Source: Botryllus schlosseri (Eukaryota). From it: 64,000 nt of DNA. The position numbers and the translations under genes are program-made. Shown here one piece after another: positions 1 to 11,952 of this stretch (position 1 is its first letter; every line of letters starts with the position of its first letter). The stretch spans positions 28,584,001 through 28,648,000 of the forward strand of contig CM119372.1 in NCBI GenBank assembly GCA_051294905.1, in the 5' to 3' direction. Below the pieces are notes generated by a model. The model saw only the letters and a program-made list of their open reading frames with translations, made no database searches and was not told the DNA's origin.

Positions 1-53
1 TATAACACCTGCGTTCGATTGTAAGAAATGAATTCTCAATATGTTGGGCAGAC

Positions 54-790
54 TTTCAAATCTCGCATACTCAAACATATTATGTTAATCTCAAGTCGCG
101 GGCACCGAGAAGTAATTACTTTTATCTTATAAAATATACCGCATAGTAATTCCTCTATCTTACAGAATAGTGACGACTTTTCAAGTTGAATAAAAAAGAT
201 GCGTTGGGATATGAATACAACCGAGTTTGTTATGGATTTTAGGTTTTAGTGATGGTATGGATTCGTGTATGTTTGTTTGTTTTTCGTATTGATACTGTTT
301 GAGTTGGTCGGTTAACGGATTTACTTGACAATGTTTTCGTGGTTGATTCTTTGAATATGGTAAGATGGTAAGATGTCGAGACGTAATACTATTTCGTTAA
401 CTCAATTACAACAAAACATAACCAGCATTCAAATAATCCGTAAGCTACAAGTGGATTTAAAACTTGATGCTGTTTTGTGGTTAACTCAAGTCAGTGGTCA
501 TATTTGTGTTGATTTCAGGAATGATCATGACGAGTTGGTCGGGTAAATTAGTGGTAGTAACTATGACCGTACAGAGTTGCTGACATTCAAACATCTTTTA
601 CGCTGTAATATACGGATTTTATTGTGATAAATTATTTCTCAGTTATTGTTCAGACATTCAAATCTCGTATACTCAAAATATAATATGTTTATGTCAAGTC
701 GTATATGCACCGACTAGTAAATACTTTGTCTTCAGAATAGTAACGACCTTTACAGTTGAATAAAAAATTATCGGTCATATGAATACAACC
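54..790. repeat. Degenerate direct duplication (~54-220 vs ~656-790)
   Basis: Shared blocks TTCAAATCTCG(C/T)ATACTCAAA, CAGAATAGT..CGAC, GTTGAATAAAAAA and ATATGAATACAACC. Confidence 0.75.
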
Positions 791-1579
791 AGGATGAATT
801 AATTCAAGTTTGTGAGTTGTTGTGATATAATCAAGTAAGTGAAAACTAGATATTTAACACTTGTTAATGTTGTGAATAATTCTTTTGAGTATGATAAGTT
901 GTTAAAATGTCGCTTTGGCAATTGAAAAGCCGGATCGCGAATAGAGTTGTAATGTTTCATTACTTGTTTCGAATCAATGTGTGTATAATCTCTAAATATG
1001 ACTGGGTTGAAAGTTGTTAGTCATGTTTGTCAATCTATTTCAATTCAGACTATGTCAAAGTCCAAATATTTCATTTTGGATTATCTGGATTTACCTTTAG
1101 TACATCCGCGAATGGGTTTACAGTTGGTAAATTACCAAAATGATTGAATATTATCGGGTTAGAGATAGTTGGTATTGATTCTATAACTGTTAAAACAGCG
1201 GCGTGGAATGTGTGAATGATCCGATGTGGGTGAATGTTGGTGTCAGTAATATTCAGGTTACGTTCGATTCAACAGATTGCGTTAATAGGATTTGTCAAAG
1301 GATTTGAGTTGGGTCGAGTCAATACATTCAAATACGATTCAACTTGATCTGTGTAGTGAGTTACATTTCAAGTTGACAAACTAACGCATTGATTGAATAT
1401 TTTCATGGATCTTATCACGCAACTAAAGTCAGCCACTATTCGAGAGGCATGAAACATATAGCGACCGCGGGCAAGTGTCAAATTGTTGGTTTTCGAATCA
1501 CGGTCTGCGCTGGTACTGTTATTCATTACTTATTACTTGATAGTAACAACCATCGACACATTACACTGTAGCGATTGGG

Positions 1580-1917
1580 ATGTATGTAATGACAAGACGC
1601 GAGAAATGGTGATGTCTTTGGTGTTATCTTGTGAGCGATCGTGGGATTTGTAACCTATTTCACCCGTTTTTGTAGTGTTGGTTTGTGAACGCGGCTATTG
1701 TTGATATTTGAATCACCGTCTACGCCGGCTCTGTGGCAAACCAATTACCAAAATATTACATTGTCAACGATCGGCATGTATGTAACAAAGAGTCGCAAGC
1801 GATGGTTATGTCTTAGGTATTATCTTGTGAGCGATCGTGGGATTTTACCAATATTTCACACCTTTTTGGAGTGTTAGTTTGTGAACGTGGATATTGTGCG
1901 ACGGCTCTGTGACAAAC
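1580..1917. repeat. ~195-bp degenerate tandem duplication
   Basis: TTATCTTGTGAGCGATCGTGGGATTT and TTTGTGAACG occur twice, about 195 bp apart. Confidence 0.8.
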
Positions 1918-2222
1918 TTATTGCGGAAATATTACCTGCGAATATTGTGCTATCGCGGTGAAGTCACGACTGTGAACAGCAGACTATTCTGTAGGTGCGA
2001 AACAGCGGTATACAAGGTGCGAAAAACCCGATCTGAAGTATTATTCAGCTAGCAATCAATAGAGAGGAAAGACTTAGAACACGGTCGGTCATTTGTCACG
2101 ACTAAACTACATCATATATAATAATTTACGATATACACATTAACAAAGATTCATTCACATGACTATTTACTCGATACATATTCAACACCAGTCGAGAGAT
2201 GTATATACCCGAAAGTACGAAT

Positions 2223-2485
2223 CACGACCACATCCATAAGACGCAATAGCCGCATGTCGCCCCGCCATAAGACACAATAGCCGCTCACGACCCCCGCCAT
2301 AAGACATAAAAGCCGCTCACCACCCCCAGGTTTTCCAGCCGCTCACGACCCCCGCCATAAGAAATAAGAGCCGCTCACGACCCCCGCCATAAGACGCAAT
2401 AGCCGCTCACCACCCCGCCATAAGGTATAAGGATCCGCTCACCACCCCCGGTTTTCCAGCCGCTCACCACCCCGCCATAAGCCAC
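2223..2485. repeat. ~33-bp GC-rich minisatellite (CCGCCATAAGAC...GCCGCTCACGACCC)
   Basis: About 8 tandem units, two of them with a GGTTTTCCAG variant. Confidence 0.9.
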
Positions 2486-4714
2486 AACGCCAATGTGCCA
2501 CCGATCTATATAACTACTCCCTAGGCATGAATGGAAAGGAGAAATGTTGATTGTTTTGCTCAGAAATGCCCCAAACACCAGATTTCTTCTCATATCACTC
2601 AGAGCTCAATGTGATAATGGTCTCTGTAACGCAAAAGTTATAGTAATTTTATACTTGCTCGCCCACGCATTGGAACAGAGAGTTCGGCTCTCTGGTGGAA
2701 GGATTTGAAGTTGCATATACCGACTTGACAACGAATGTAATGCACGCTCCATGAAGGGATTTACATGCACCGCTAGAAGATACATTCTCACAAGCAGCAG
2801 CTGCAAACTCACGAACGCTGTTCATTATTACTTTACAATGCATAGAAATGTACTAAATGCCGGTATACGACTGGTAAATCGGCTACAATAGCCTAAATTT
2901 CATAGTAGCCCATGAATGCAAGGTAACATAGTTCTGCGGCCCGCAGCGTCTTTTGCTGTTGAAATGCGGCCCGTTATACAAGGAAAGTTGAGAACCTCTG
3001 ACATATGGTATAGTGGCATATGTAAATCGGGGTTAGGCCTACATGTCCATTCCTATTGTCTGACCACTAAGAAAACACAATATTACAAAGCTGACACATA
3101 TGATCCAATCCCAATCGTGCTTGTGATATTGCAACAAGTTTCTGTGCCTTTCTCAATGTTTTTGTATTATGTACGAAGACTAAGTGTGCAATTGTGTCTG
3201 CACCTAAGAAGTTGTCATTTTGAAGAATGTCACACTTCAGGATCCTTTTTGAGCTACCAATAGACACTTGCGATTCACTTGAGTTGTAAATCGGAATTCA
3301 TATCTCCTCCGCAACCCATGGTAACAGTATCATGCCAACACTCTTAGAAATATTCGTAGATTTACCCAAATTATACCGGTAAATTTGTCCCGTCAGTTAT
3401 ATTAACGGTAAATGCCCGTTAAATTAATATACGGGCACGTCAAAAGTAAATTTACTTGTTTTTAGAGGGTAAAAAAATTACAGATTGAATTCGTAGAAGC
3501 AATATACGGGATAACCAGTATTTCAGATTTACTTTTGGATTTGTAAAAGCAATTTACTGGATAATAAGTATTCCGGATTTACTTTTGCATTCGTAAAAGC
3601 GATTTACTGGATAATCATTATTTGCAACATTGCTATTGAACTCACAATTCGATCATTTTACACGCTTACGGTCTTATGGACATATATATATATGATTTTC
3701 GTAATTACATCATGTTTCAATCATCAACCAAATTACGACATCGATGGCTGTGCTGATTGCTAATCGGTGAATGGTATCCGAACATTTGGGCATTGCGGAT
3801 ACCATCGTTTATATCGCTTTATAAATAGTATCCTTTGAGACATCAAGGTCTAGCAATAGTAGCATGGCAAGCGAATTTGGTATGTTTTGTAGTTTTACTG
3901 CAGGTATGATATTTTGTGTAATTATCTGTTGGACCAGTTCTGCCACCATTGTAGACTCCTTAACGCATGTATGATGCAAACTATATATCGAAACACTGGA
4001 GCTGGTGTTTAGCCGCCATGCTCCTTTGCCATAGAGACGAGAGTAGTAGACGTCCTTTACCTTTTTCCTGCGAATGGCCTTGTGAATTGTTTGATCATGA
4101 ATTCGTAGCTGCTCGAGCGAACAATACATTGTGACGTCGTACATATTCCAGACATAGTGGCGTCAGACGTCAGACATATCTGAGCCTGAGCACGTGCGGT
4201 TGAATGTTCCGAGACAGATATTATATCGACGCGATGTTTTCGTATTGGATAATAACAAGATGCGTTGCTGTAAGCATGGAAAACTGAATGAATTCAGTTT
4301 TCCATGCTGTAAGATATTGAGGGTTTCGAAGCCACAGCTTAACTCTAGCTTTAGAATATTGCAGGTGTTGATAGCAGATATTGTAGGTATAGCAGTATCC
4401 GAGCTCAAATCTGGCAAGTTATTCTCAGTCCTGGTTCTGAAGACGTATGTATTTTCGTTACAGTTTAATGGTGAACAGAAGCTATGGCTTATAAGAATGT
4501 ATTACATTTTCTGACATTGAACTACACGAAAATGGAAGCGTTATGGCATTATGAATCATGACGTCGAATGCTTATGTGATAGAAAGGGATCATTTCGCCT
4601 CTCGCTTCTAGCACGATGCCGTGCGAAATACATTGGACGTGCGATGCAAAGGAGTGTTGCCAGATAAGTTTGCAATCACGCTGGAAAAGATGATTCAGGT
4701 ACGAAGTCCTAGGC

Positions 4715-7031
4715 CAAACTCAACTTGCGTCGCTGGCCAGATTCAAACTTTCAAACCGCTCGCGGGCCGGATCAGTCAAATCATTCCAAAATGTTACGGT
4801 ACATCAAAACGCCCGACCTTTCTTTTCGCTTGAATAGTTTATTATCAATCCTGTATACATTTTGGTATATTACATAACATTCACGATCATATCATATGGA
4901 TATATTCTAGCAGCACCTTTACTCGCAAACAACGGAAGTTTGGCAAAAATTCAAAGATTGATCGTTTGAATTCAATCGCTTAACCCTAGAACGCATGCAC
5001 AAAAAAACTTACGCTAATGCATAACAGGGGTCATTTTGACCCGTGTTGCTATTACGTGCAATTGTATTACAATGACATTGAAAATTTTTCTTTTTGTTCT
5101 TTCCCTAGATCTTTCAGTGGCGTAATGATGACATGTCTAGAGTTTCAGCTGTATTTTAATGTGAAAACCGACGAAAAACAGTGTAAAGAAGTCGATGATG
5201 AAATGAAATAAAAGTCCAGAACAGTTCATACTGCAAAGAATACTTTGATTCATTCAGTGCATTTGTTGCCTATGATCATGGTCACGCTCTATTCTGAGCA
5301 CATCGGTCTGCAACATCTGGAGCAACATTTCGTAACTTTCTTATCCCTTGCGTCTGGACATAAGGAGTGGCTATACCTACATGTAGCGTATTTGGATCTT
5401 GATGTTTTATGATTGCAAGTCAAGCTCCCAGCAGAGAATCACTAAATATTCACAAACAGCAAGTAGCATATTTCGAGCAAGCTTTTGTAACAAAGCAAGT
5501 AAAAGTGTTTGAGATTGTCAAGGTGCATGCGCAATTGCGCATTTGGTGTTGATTTGTTTTTAAGCTGTGACAACGCCATGCATACAGTGGCCCGCAGGTG
5601 AAATGCAATTAATTTCATACAAAGAAGGAAGTGAAAATTGTAATCCATCAAAAAGGTTCAGTGCAGAACCTATGAAAAAGGTTCACAGTGCAGAACTTAT
5701 CAAGGTTCGTTTGTGGACGTGAACCTCTAAATTTCGGGGGTTCAAACACAGAATGCGAACGTGAACCTCACCAAAAATCACACCATCCCTAGTAAGGAAC
5801 ACCACTTCCTATTCTGCAACGTGTTTGTTGATTGTGGGGATGGACTTCGAAAAGCTATGTCATATCTCATCTAGCCTCTCCTGTGGCTCTGTGGTGTTGC
5901 ATTGTCTATCTTGTCATCATGTGGAGCAAAATGAGGCAGTTAGCAAGATATCGATCAAACCTCATTGCTTTGAACCTTGTCCACTCATATAATCAAGTCA
6001 TACTTGTCTGAATATGGTAAATGCATTTAGAGCTGCGATGTTGAGCAGATTGTAAAAGAGAACTACAGGCCATCGACAAGATTTTCGTTTGCAAGTATAT
6101 GTTTGAACCATTTGGTCAATCAAGTCAACACAAATCTTTGTCTGTTTATAAAATCTGATGATCTCAGGCCTCTTTTTCGGGTCCATTTCTATTTCAATTT
6201 GCTGCGGGTCAAAATGACCCCTGTTATGCATTCTCGGGGTACTCAATGAAATATGCATTTTTCTTGTCAAAGGTAAAATTTTTCAGAACAAATTTTTTCT
6301 CATCATGTATAAGTATAAAAGACTAACAAAGTCCAGAAATTTCAGGATTCAATTCGCAATATGTGTTTAGCGGTTACAATGAATAACACCGTCTGGGTCA
6401 TTTTGACCCCTGTTATGCATTCTAGGGTTAAACACTGACTCTAACCACGGAATATGCTGACATATTTGTATGCTCCCTTTGTTTTAATCGTAAACTGCCG
6501 TTAACTCATCGTATGCGCTTTGAGGAACACAAGTGATTTAATTGTAAACCAGACGTTAGAATTTGGCTCATTATTAATCGTCATTCGGGTTTCTCTGTCT
6601 GTCTGGGGCCTTTGAGTAGAAGTGATACAGCAGTGCGACCAAATATATTTGAATTGTATTTTTTATAACTATTATATTCTCCATGCGTCCTGCATATAAC
6701 AGTTTTTTTTTCACTTCACGAATAACTACTTTTTGGCTCATTTCTTCATAAAAATATGAACTCAGTGTGCACTTCTTGGAGTTTTTGGAATTGGATGTCA
6801 GTATCACCAACTTGTTCCTGATGACGACTAGAGTAAAACCATAACACCACTGTCGGATAATTATAGTACGGTCTAAGATCTTGACATTTGTGGCCTTGCG
6901 GGAAGCATTTCTTACAATAATATCTCAACATTTGATAGAAAATGTGCTGGGTAATACAGGGGTTTTTCAAACTACTCAGAATTGCTTCGCAGGTCGCATG
7001 CGGCCTGCTGGCCTTATGTTCGACATCGCTA
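4715..7031. mobile_element. hAT/Charlie-type non-autonomous element nested in the CACTA element
   Basis: Direct repeat TCCTAGGC at 4707-4714 and 7032-7039; GCGGGCC-type subterminal motifs; related fragment near 12000-12130. Confidence 0.6.
4984..6427 (-). mobile_element. Internally deleted piggyBac element
   Basis: TTAA at 4980-4983 and 6428-6431; TIR CCCTAGAA(C/T)GCAT; transposase relic KRPEIIRFYKQTKICVDLIDQMVQTYTCKRKSCRWPVVLFYNLLNIAALNA (~5998-6190) and Cys-rich tail CPDARDKKVTKCCSRCCRPMC (~5295-5360). Confidence 0.9.
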
Positions 7032-8197
7032 TCCTAGGCCATCATTATTTGAGAAATTGACAAGAATATGAAAAGTCGCAGTATGTCATACTATAGCGTC
7101 TCAAAGTTTCCAAATTGTAACGGTGTTGATGACAGCATAATCTTTGTTAAGATTATAGAAGAACCTACAAAAGAGCATGGCCCAAAGTACAGTCCTTCAA
7201 CTGCTGCTGAAGTTTTGATGAAGCCCTCTTCATTCAGGCAGTTGCTGACCGATGATCTCCACAAGAAAGACTGGATTTCCGTCATTATCCACACTTACTT
7301 TTTTTTTACGTGTTCCCGCACCAAATAAACCTGATTCAAATTTACTGGTCTCAGGAACGTAAAACTGCTGCAAGGGACCAGACGAGTATATTGATATTAC
7401 AGCAGATTTCTGTTACCTTAGGTTACGGAAATGTTCCGTAAAATTTCCTACGGTCAGCATATGTAAAATCATATTACGGGGAGAGTTATTTCGAATTTAC
7501 TGGTCCCATCAGCGTAAAATTGCTGCACTGGACTAGACCAGTAACTTGGTATTACAGCCGTTTTCCGTTACATCAAGTAACGGGAGTATTCCGTAAAAAT
7601 TTTAACAGTCAGTATTTGTAAAAATAAATTACGGTCAATAATATTTACGGGAAAATATTTTTCAAATTTACTGGTCTCAGAGTCGTAAAACTGCTGCCAG
7701 GACCAGACCAGTAATTTGGCATAGAATATTTTTAACAGTGAATGCCAGTATCATGGCAATGCACAAATTTACCGAAGGTAGCCCTACGATCGTTTCTCAT
7801 GATTGAAAGTGAGATATCTTCGCTCTCTTGCCAAGTAATCTTTCCTCAATTCGCAAAGATGCTAAAAGTTCCGAATATTTCTCTTTCAAGTCCCAATACC
7901 TATGTCAGATCATTTACCTTATGTTGACTACTCTACGTTCTGAATCATCTTCGATTTCAAAATCTTCATCATTAGGCCTGCCATCTCTAAGATCTTCATC
8001 TTGATCCAAATTATCGAGCTTGTAGGAGTTTCAAGTTACCCTGGATAATCTGAATAGGGCATTGGAACTATAGTTGATAGTAAATGCAATGTTTATTTTT
8101 CCAGCCAGATCCTGCAGTTTGCATTAAATAAGTGTCTGAAATATACTCGGATGATTGCATCCTGTAACCAAAAATGGGTGAAAGCATCGGCCTATAT

Positions 8198-10829
8198 CAG
8201 TGGTTCTCGACTGGTGGTCGAAGCACTTTCGGGGGTCTGCGATGCCTCTAAATCATCAGAATAGTTGATAACCTGAATATGTATTTTTTAAACCAGGAAA
8301 ATCGCGAGGTACTTCCGCTTCATTGCTATAGTAAATCTCCAGCACTAACATCAACAGAATGGCCATCTGAGTTGAAATATCCTACTGTTCAGACACATTT
8401 TAATTCCTCTTACCAATAGCCTAATAATATATCTATTGTGCAATTTCGCGATATTTTGTTGGGGATTGTGGAAAAAATAAAAAGTTGGATTAGTATGGTC
8501 AATCACGGTGACTTCGAAATGTTTACATTCGCCGACTTTTATTTTTGCATGGGGTGGCGGCATGCACGTAGCCAGGGAGGTGTCGAAACCCCCTCCTTTT
8601 GAAACGCAAAACCCCGTCCTTTTGAAATTACCATTCTGATGCTAATATTAAGTTACAATTCAATATGTCGTATTATCAGTGTTACGCGCGGCCCCCATCA
8701 ATTAGCGAGATTCGTCTGTGCTCGCGACGCAATCTCCCGCTGAGATCATTGCGAAATTAGGTTATTGATTGTCGAGCGCTCGGCATTCATCGCTGGACTA
8801 AGCAGTAACATAGTGCAACAATTCTGGAACACGAAAGACAAACAAGAAGTATGAATACAAACGCGTGCTGCCAATCAGTATTTATCCCTTGCCAACAGCA
8901 CAATGGGTTTTTACTTAGTATTGAGTAGCTCGCATTGCGACAATTGGTTGCTGATTGAAACATCGATTTTGACTGCATTGCTGCATTTCCCGATTTACGT
9001 TCGCAAATCATAATTGGATTAATATTATGGGCACTTGAATAAAATATTTTCAACGCGGCTTGCGGCCCTGATCGATGCCAATATCGCACTTTAATTTGTA
9101 GACGGTGAAAGTATATTTGATCGCCAAATCGCGATAGGTGTTTCTCAGAGCGCGCGATGAAATTTTAAGTTTCTAGCAATGATGTCGAAAATTTACATCT
9201 TATAACGATCGTTAGTTTGCGGAAATCAGTATCAGTACGCTGTGCGAAATAAATAGTAGTGAACAATTTTATCGGACTGTACAATCGGCCGGCAAGGTTG
9301 CGCTGATACCGAAATTGCAGACATGCCGCAAATCCGTAATGAGTACAATTGCAGGGTGCGCGAGTCATACCTAAATACCCAGATTCGGTGATGGTAACGA
9401 GCACAATTTGTTTCGACGCGGGCATAAGTTTTAATCAAAAAGATACACAAACTCAAACAATATTACACTCAGAGATTGTTACTGTTTGGCGAAAGCGTTT
9501 CTGCGGACGGTAGCAGGCCTGGGTGCGGGCGCGCTAAATCAAATCACCGACGATAGTTTACATGAGATATCGACGACCTATTTCGCATACAAATGATTCT
9601 CGCTAATTTGCAGTACGCAGCATAGATAATACGAATTGTGAATTGACATTTCAAAAGGACGGGATTTTTAGTTTTAAATGAGAAGCTCACTGGCTATGGC
9701 TACGCACGTAGTGCTTTCATACCGACAATGCCCTAGTTAATATCAGCCCGGGCCCTACGGCCTACGTAGGTCCCGATCAGCCAGTCGAATTTGATAGTGA
9801 AATGGTGTGATTTTAATTATCAAGGTGTTATTGCAGCAAGAGCAATATGGGCGCATGCCGCAACCTTATTAATGGTAATGCTAATCCCGATGGTTTGAGA
9901 TTCGATCCGCGTTATGGTTGCGCCCGATAGAGTCCGTCCAGCAATGAAGTTTGTTGGAACATAGAAGTTAGGTTCCCGCTCAAAGTAATGGAATAAATTC
10001 AGAATTTGCGCCACAGAGAATCTCTTGCTGCATCAATATTTGACAACGTAATTTAACGCCATGTACTGCACGAAGCGCAGTATTAATAAAAAATCAAACA
10101 CTGACAATTGATATCGAGGGAATAGGAATGTATAAATCAGACAAGAATTAGTTGCCTACAGATGATAGCAATCGAGAAAGCGCTCATCTAATTAATAATT
10201 ACTCAACTTGCGTACAGCACAATGAGATTCCGAGTCTGACATCGCGACAATTGTTTGCTCATTATAACGGCGTTTGAGCTGCATTGCTGCATTTCCCGAT
10301 AAAAGTTAGCAAAGCCTTGTTAGAGTAATGAATATGCGCACTTTGCGCAGGAATGACTTTCTCTTCGCAGGCATGCACCGCACAAACATACTTTCCTATT
10401 TCGCGATCGCGCTCCAATTAAAAAGACTATCACGAAACTAACTCAAGAATTATTTTGTAAACCAATATGCGCATAAATACAACTTAATTTAGAGAAGTAG
10501 AACATGAATTCGTTTGTCTGGTCAAGAGAGGAGATGGTGTTTCTCAGCGCAAGCGTGTCGAAATCGACGCCGTCAACGAGGTCGCTTCGATTGTATGATT
10601 AGTGATTACTAATCACGGATTACACTTTATTGGGGCGTTTTAAGCAAGTATTCAATTATTCACGCGCGTTTATATCGGTTAATGGTAAATAGTTGGCATT
10701 AACGCGTTAACACGGACTCGCTAATTGACAGCGCAGACGGCGGGCGTTTAAGCATTTTGCATAGGGTGGCCGCGGCGTCCGTGACGGCCCAAAAGGGGTC
10801 CGCGAAGACATAAAGGTTGAGAACCACTG
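8198..10829. mobile_element. hAT/Charlie-type non-autonomous element (CAGTGGTTCTC termini)
   Basis: Ends CAGTGGTTCTC and GAGAACCACTG; left end homologous to copies at 18105 and 63714; TSD not conserved. Confidence 0.55.
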
Positions 10830-10844
10830 ATCTAAACTCTAAAC

Positions 10845-11952
10845 CAGTGGTTTTTAACCTTTTTTCCTCCAGCGCTCCTTTTCAAATATTGTTAAAGTCA
10901 GGCGCACCTCATATATTTTAAGGACTGTATACAGTAAAAAACAATGGGTAAGAGGTCTAAGTCCGGTCGGTATTTTCGGGTTGGGACATTTAGGAGTATT
11001 TCGAGCTTGAATCGCGCGCGAGGACCCTCGATCAATTACCGATACAATAATTGTATATGCTATACTCGGGATCGTATCAAGGCTGTTACAACAACCATCC
11101 GGTAGCCTACGGTCTCATCTACCATCTGGTTCGATTCCGATGTATACATCCTGACATCACATCTGCCATTGGCAACTCGGGAAAGTTAAAAGGTTTCATT
11201 TTATTGCTTTGTGTGACCCAAGTAAATCCAGTGTGAATGTGGTAGAGATCTTTGCTTGCTCATATTGTATTTGGTACTGCATCCATAGTTATTGACTTGG
11301 ATAAAGCAATCCATATTATATATATAACATTCATGTGAGGTTGTGGGTCACGACACTAAACGGTATCATTATTTATGATACGATGAAGAAATATTCTGAA
11401 GCTTTAATTTTGTAGCTTTCAAATGAAAATAAATTTAGGTAATCATTTTGTCCATAAAGCTCCAAGGCATCTTTAGTGTACAAAGCGCTCTCACTCTTCA
11501 AAGTGTTACAGTGCCTCTTTCTTCGATTCCGACACGCTCTGCGATGCGGGATATAGGCTACTACCTAGTTAAAAACATTTTGTGGAAAATGGCCCAAGCT
11601 AGCGTGACGGGAGTATTTAAACGGCCAATAGGTGATCTAAAAGTACGCGCAATAATTTCATACGAACTATAATTTTGAACCATATATTCACGGAATCATG
11701 TTGCAAACATCGTCGGCAAATATTCCGCGTGTAGTGCGGCGAAGAATTCGGGATTCGACAGATTTTGTTGAATTTTAATTAGCAATGAGAGCTCGGGAAT
11801 ATATAGAACTGTTGATTAACTGTATAATCATAAGTCCCTACTGCACCCTGTACCGGGACGCCATTTTTATTCAGCGCCCCCCATACCGCCCACCTGAGCG
11901 TCTCCACCTCTTCAAAATCCAAATCGCCCATTGGGGGGCGCTGACGACACTG
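10845..11952. mobile_element. hAT-type non-autonomous repeat family (~1.1 kb)
   Basis: Colinear homology with 49602-50760 and partial copies at ~53600-53740 and ~62970-63640 (e.g. TTTATGATACGATG, AAAACATTTTGTGGAAAAT, AGCGTGACGG). Confidence 0.75.

Larger units (their letters stand above)
1..2518. mobile_element. Probable end of a Polinton/Maverick-like element (degenerate; rest lies outside the window)
   Basis: Ends ...CTATATAACTACT at 2518 (reverse complement AGTAGTTATATAG, an (AGT)n-type terminus), preceded by a GC-rich subterminal tandem array and internal duplications. No Polinton ORF is visible. Confidence 0.45.
3339..7740. mobile_element. CACTA/EnSpm-type non-autonomous element with nested insertions
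   Basis: TIRs CACTCTTAGAAATATTC and revcomp CACTGTTAAAAATATTC (15/17); 2-bp TSD AA; subterminal tandem repeats at 3480-3620 and 7335-7720; minus-strand relic AMLFCRFFYNLNKDY...LETLRRY (~7090-7185) resembling the C-terminus of animal EnSpm accessory ORFs. Confidence 0.75.
2520..8049 (-). pseudogene. Possible disrupted cystine-knot (NGF/Spaetzle-like) secreted protein gene
   Basis: Exon-like pieces on the minus strand: acidic LDQDEDLRDGRPNDEDFEIEDDSERRVVNIR with donor GTAAAT at 7917; phase-matched CRHNCTLSLRT*YKNIEKGTETCCNITST from 3203; REFAAAACENVSSSGACKSLHGACITFVVKSVYA (2843-2649); FLSKTINISPFHSC near 2525-2570. Contains in-frame stops and TE insertions. Confidence 0.3.

Noticed and set aside
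2223..2485. Regular repeats as a CRISPR array
   Set aside because: Units are contiguous with no unique spacers, no cas genes are present, and the context is eukaryotic
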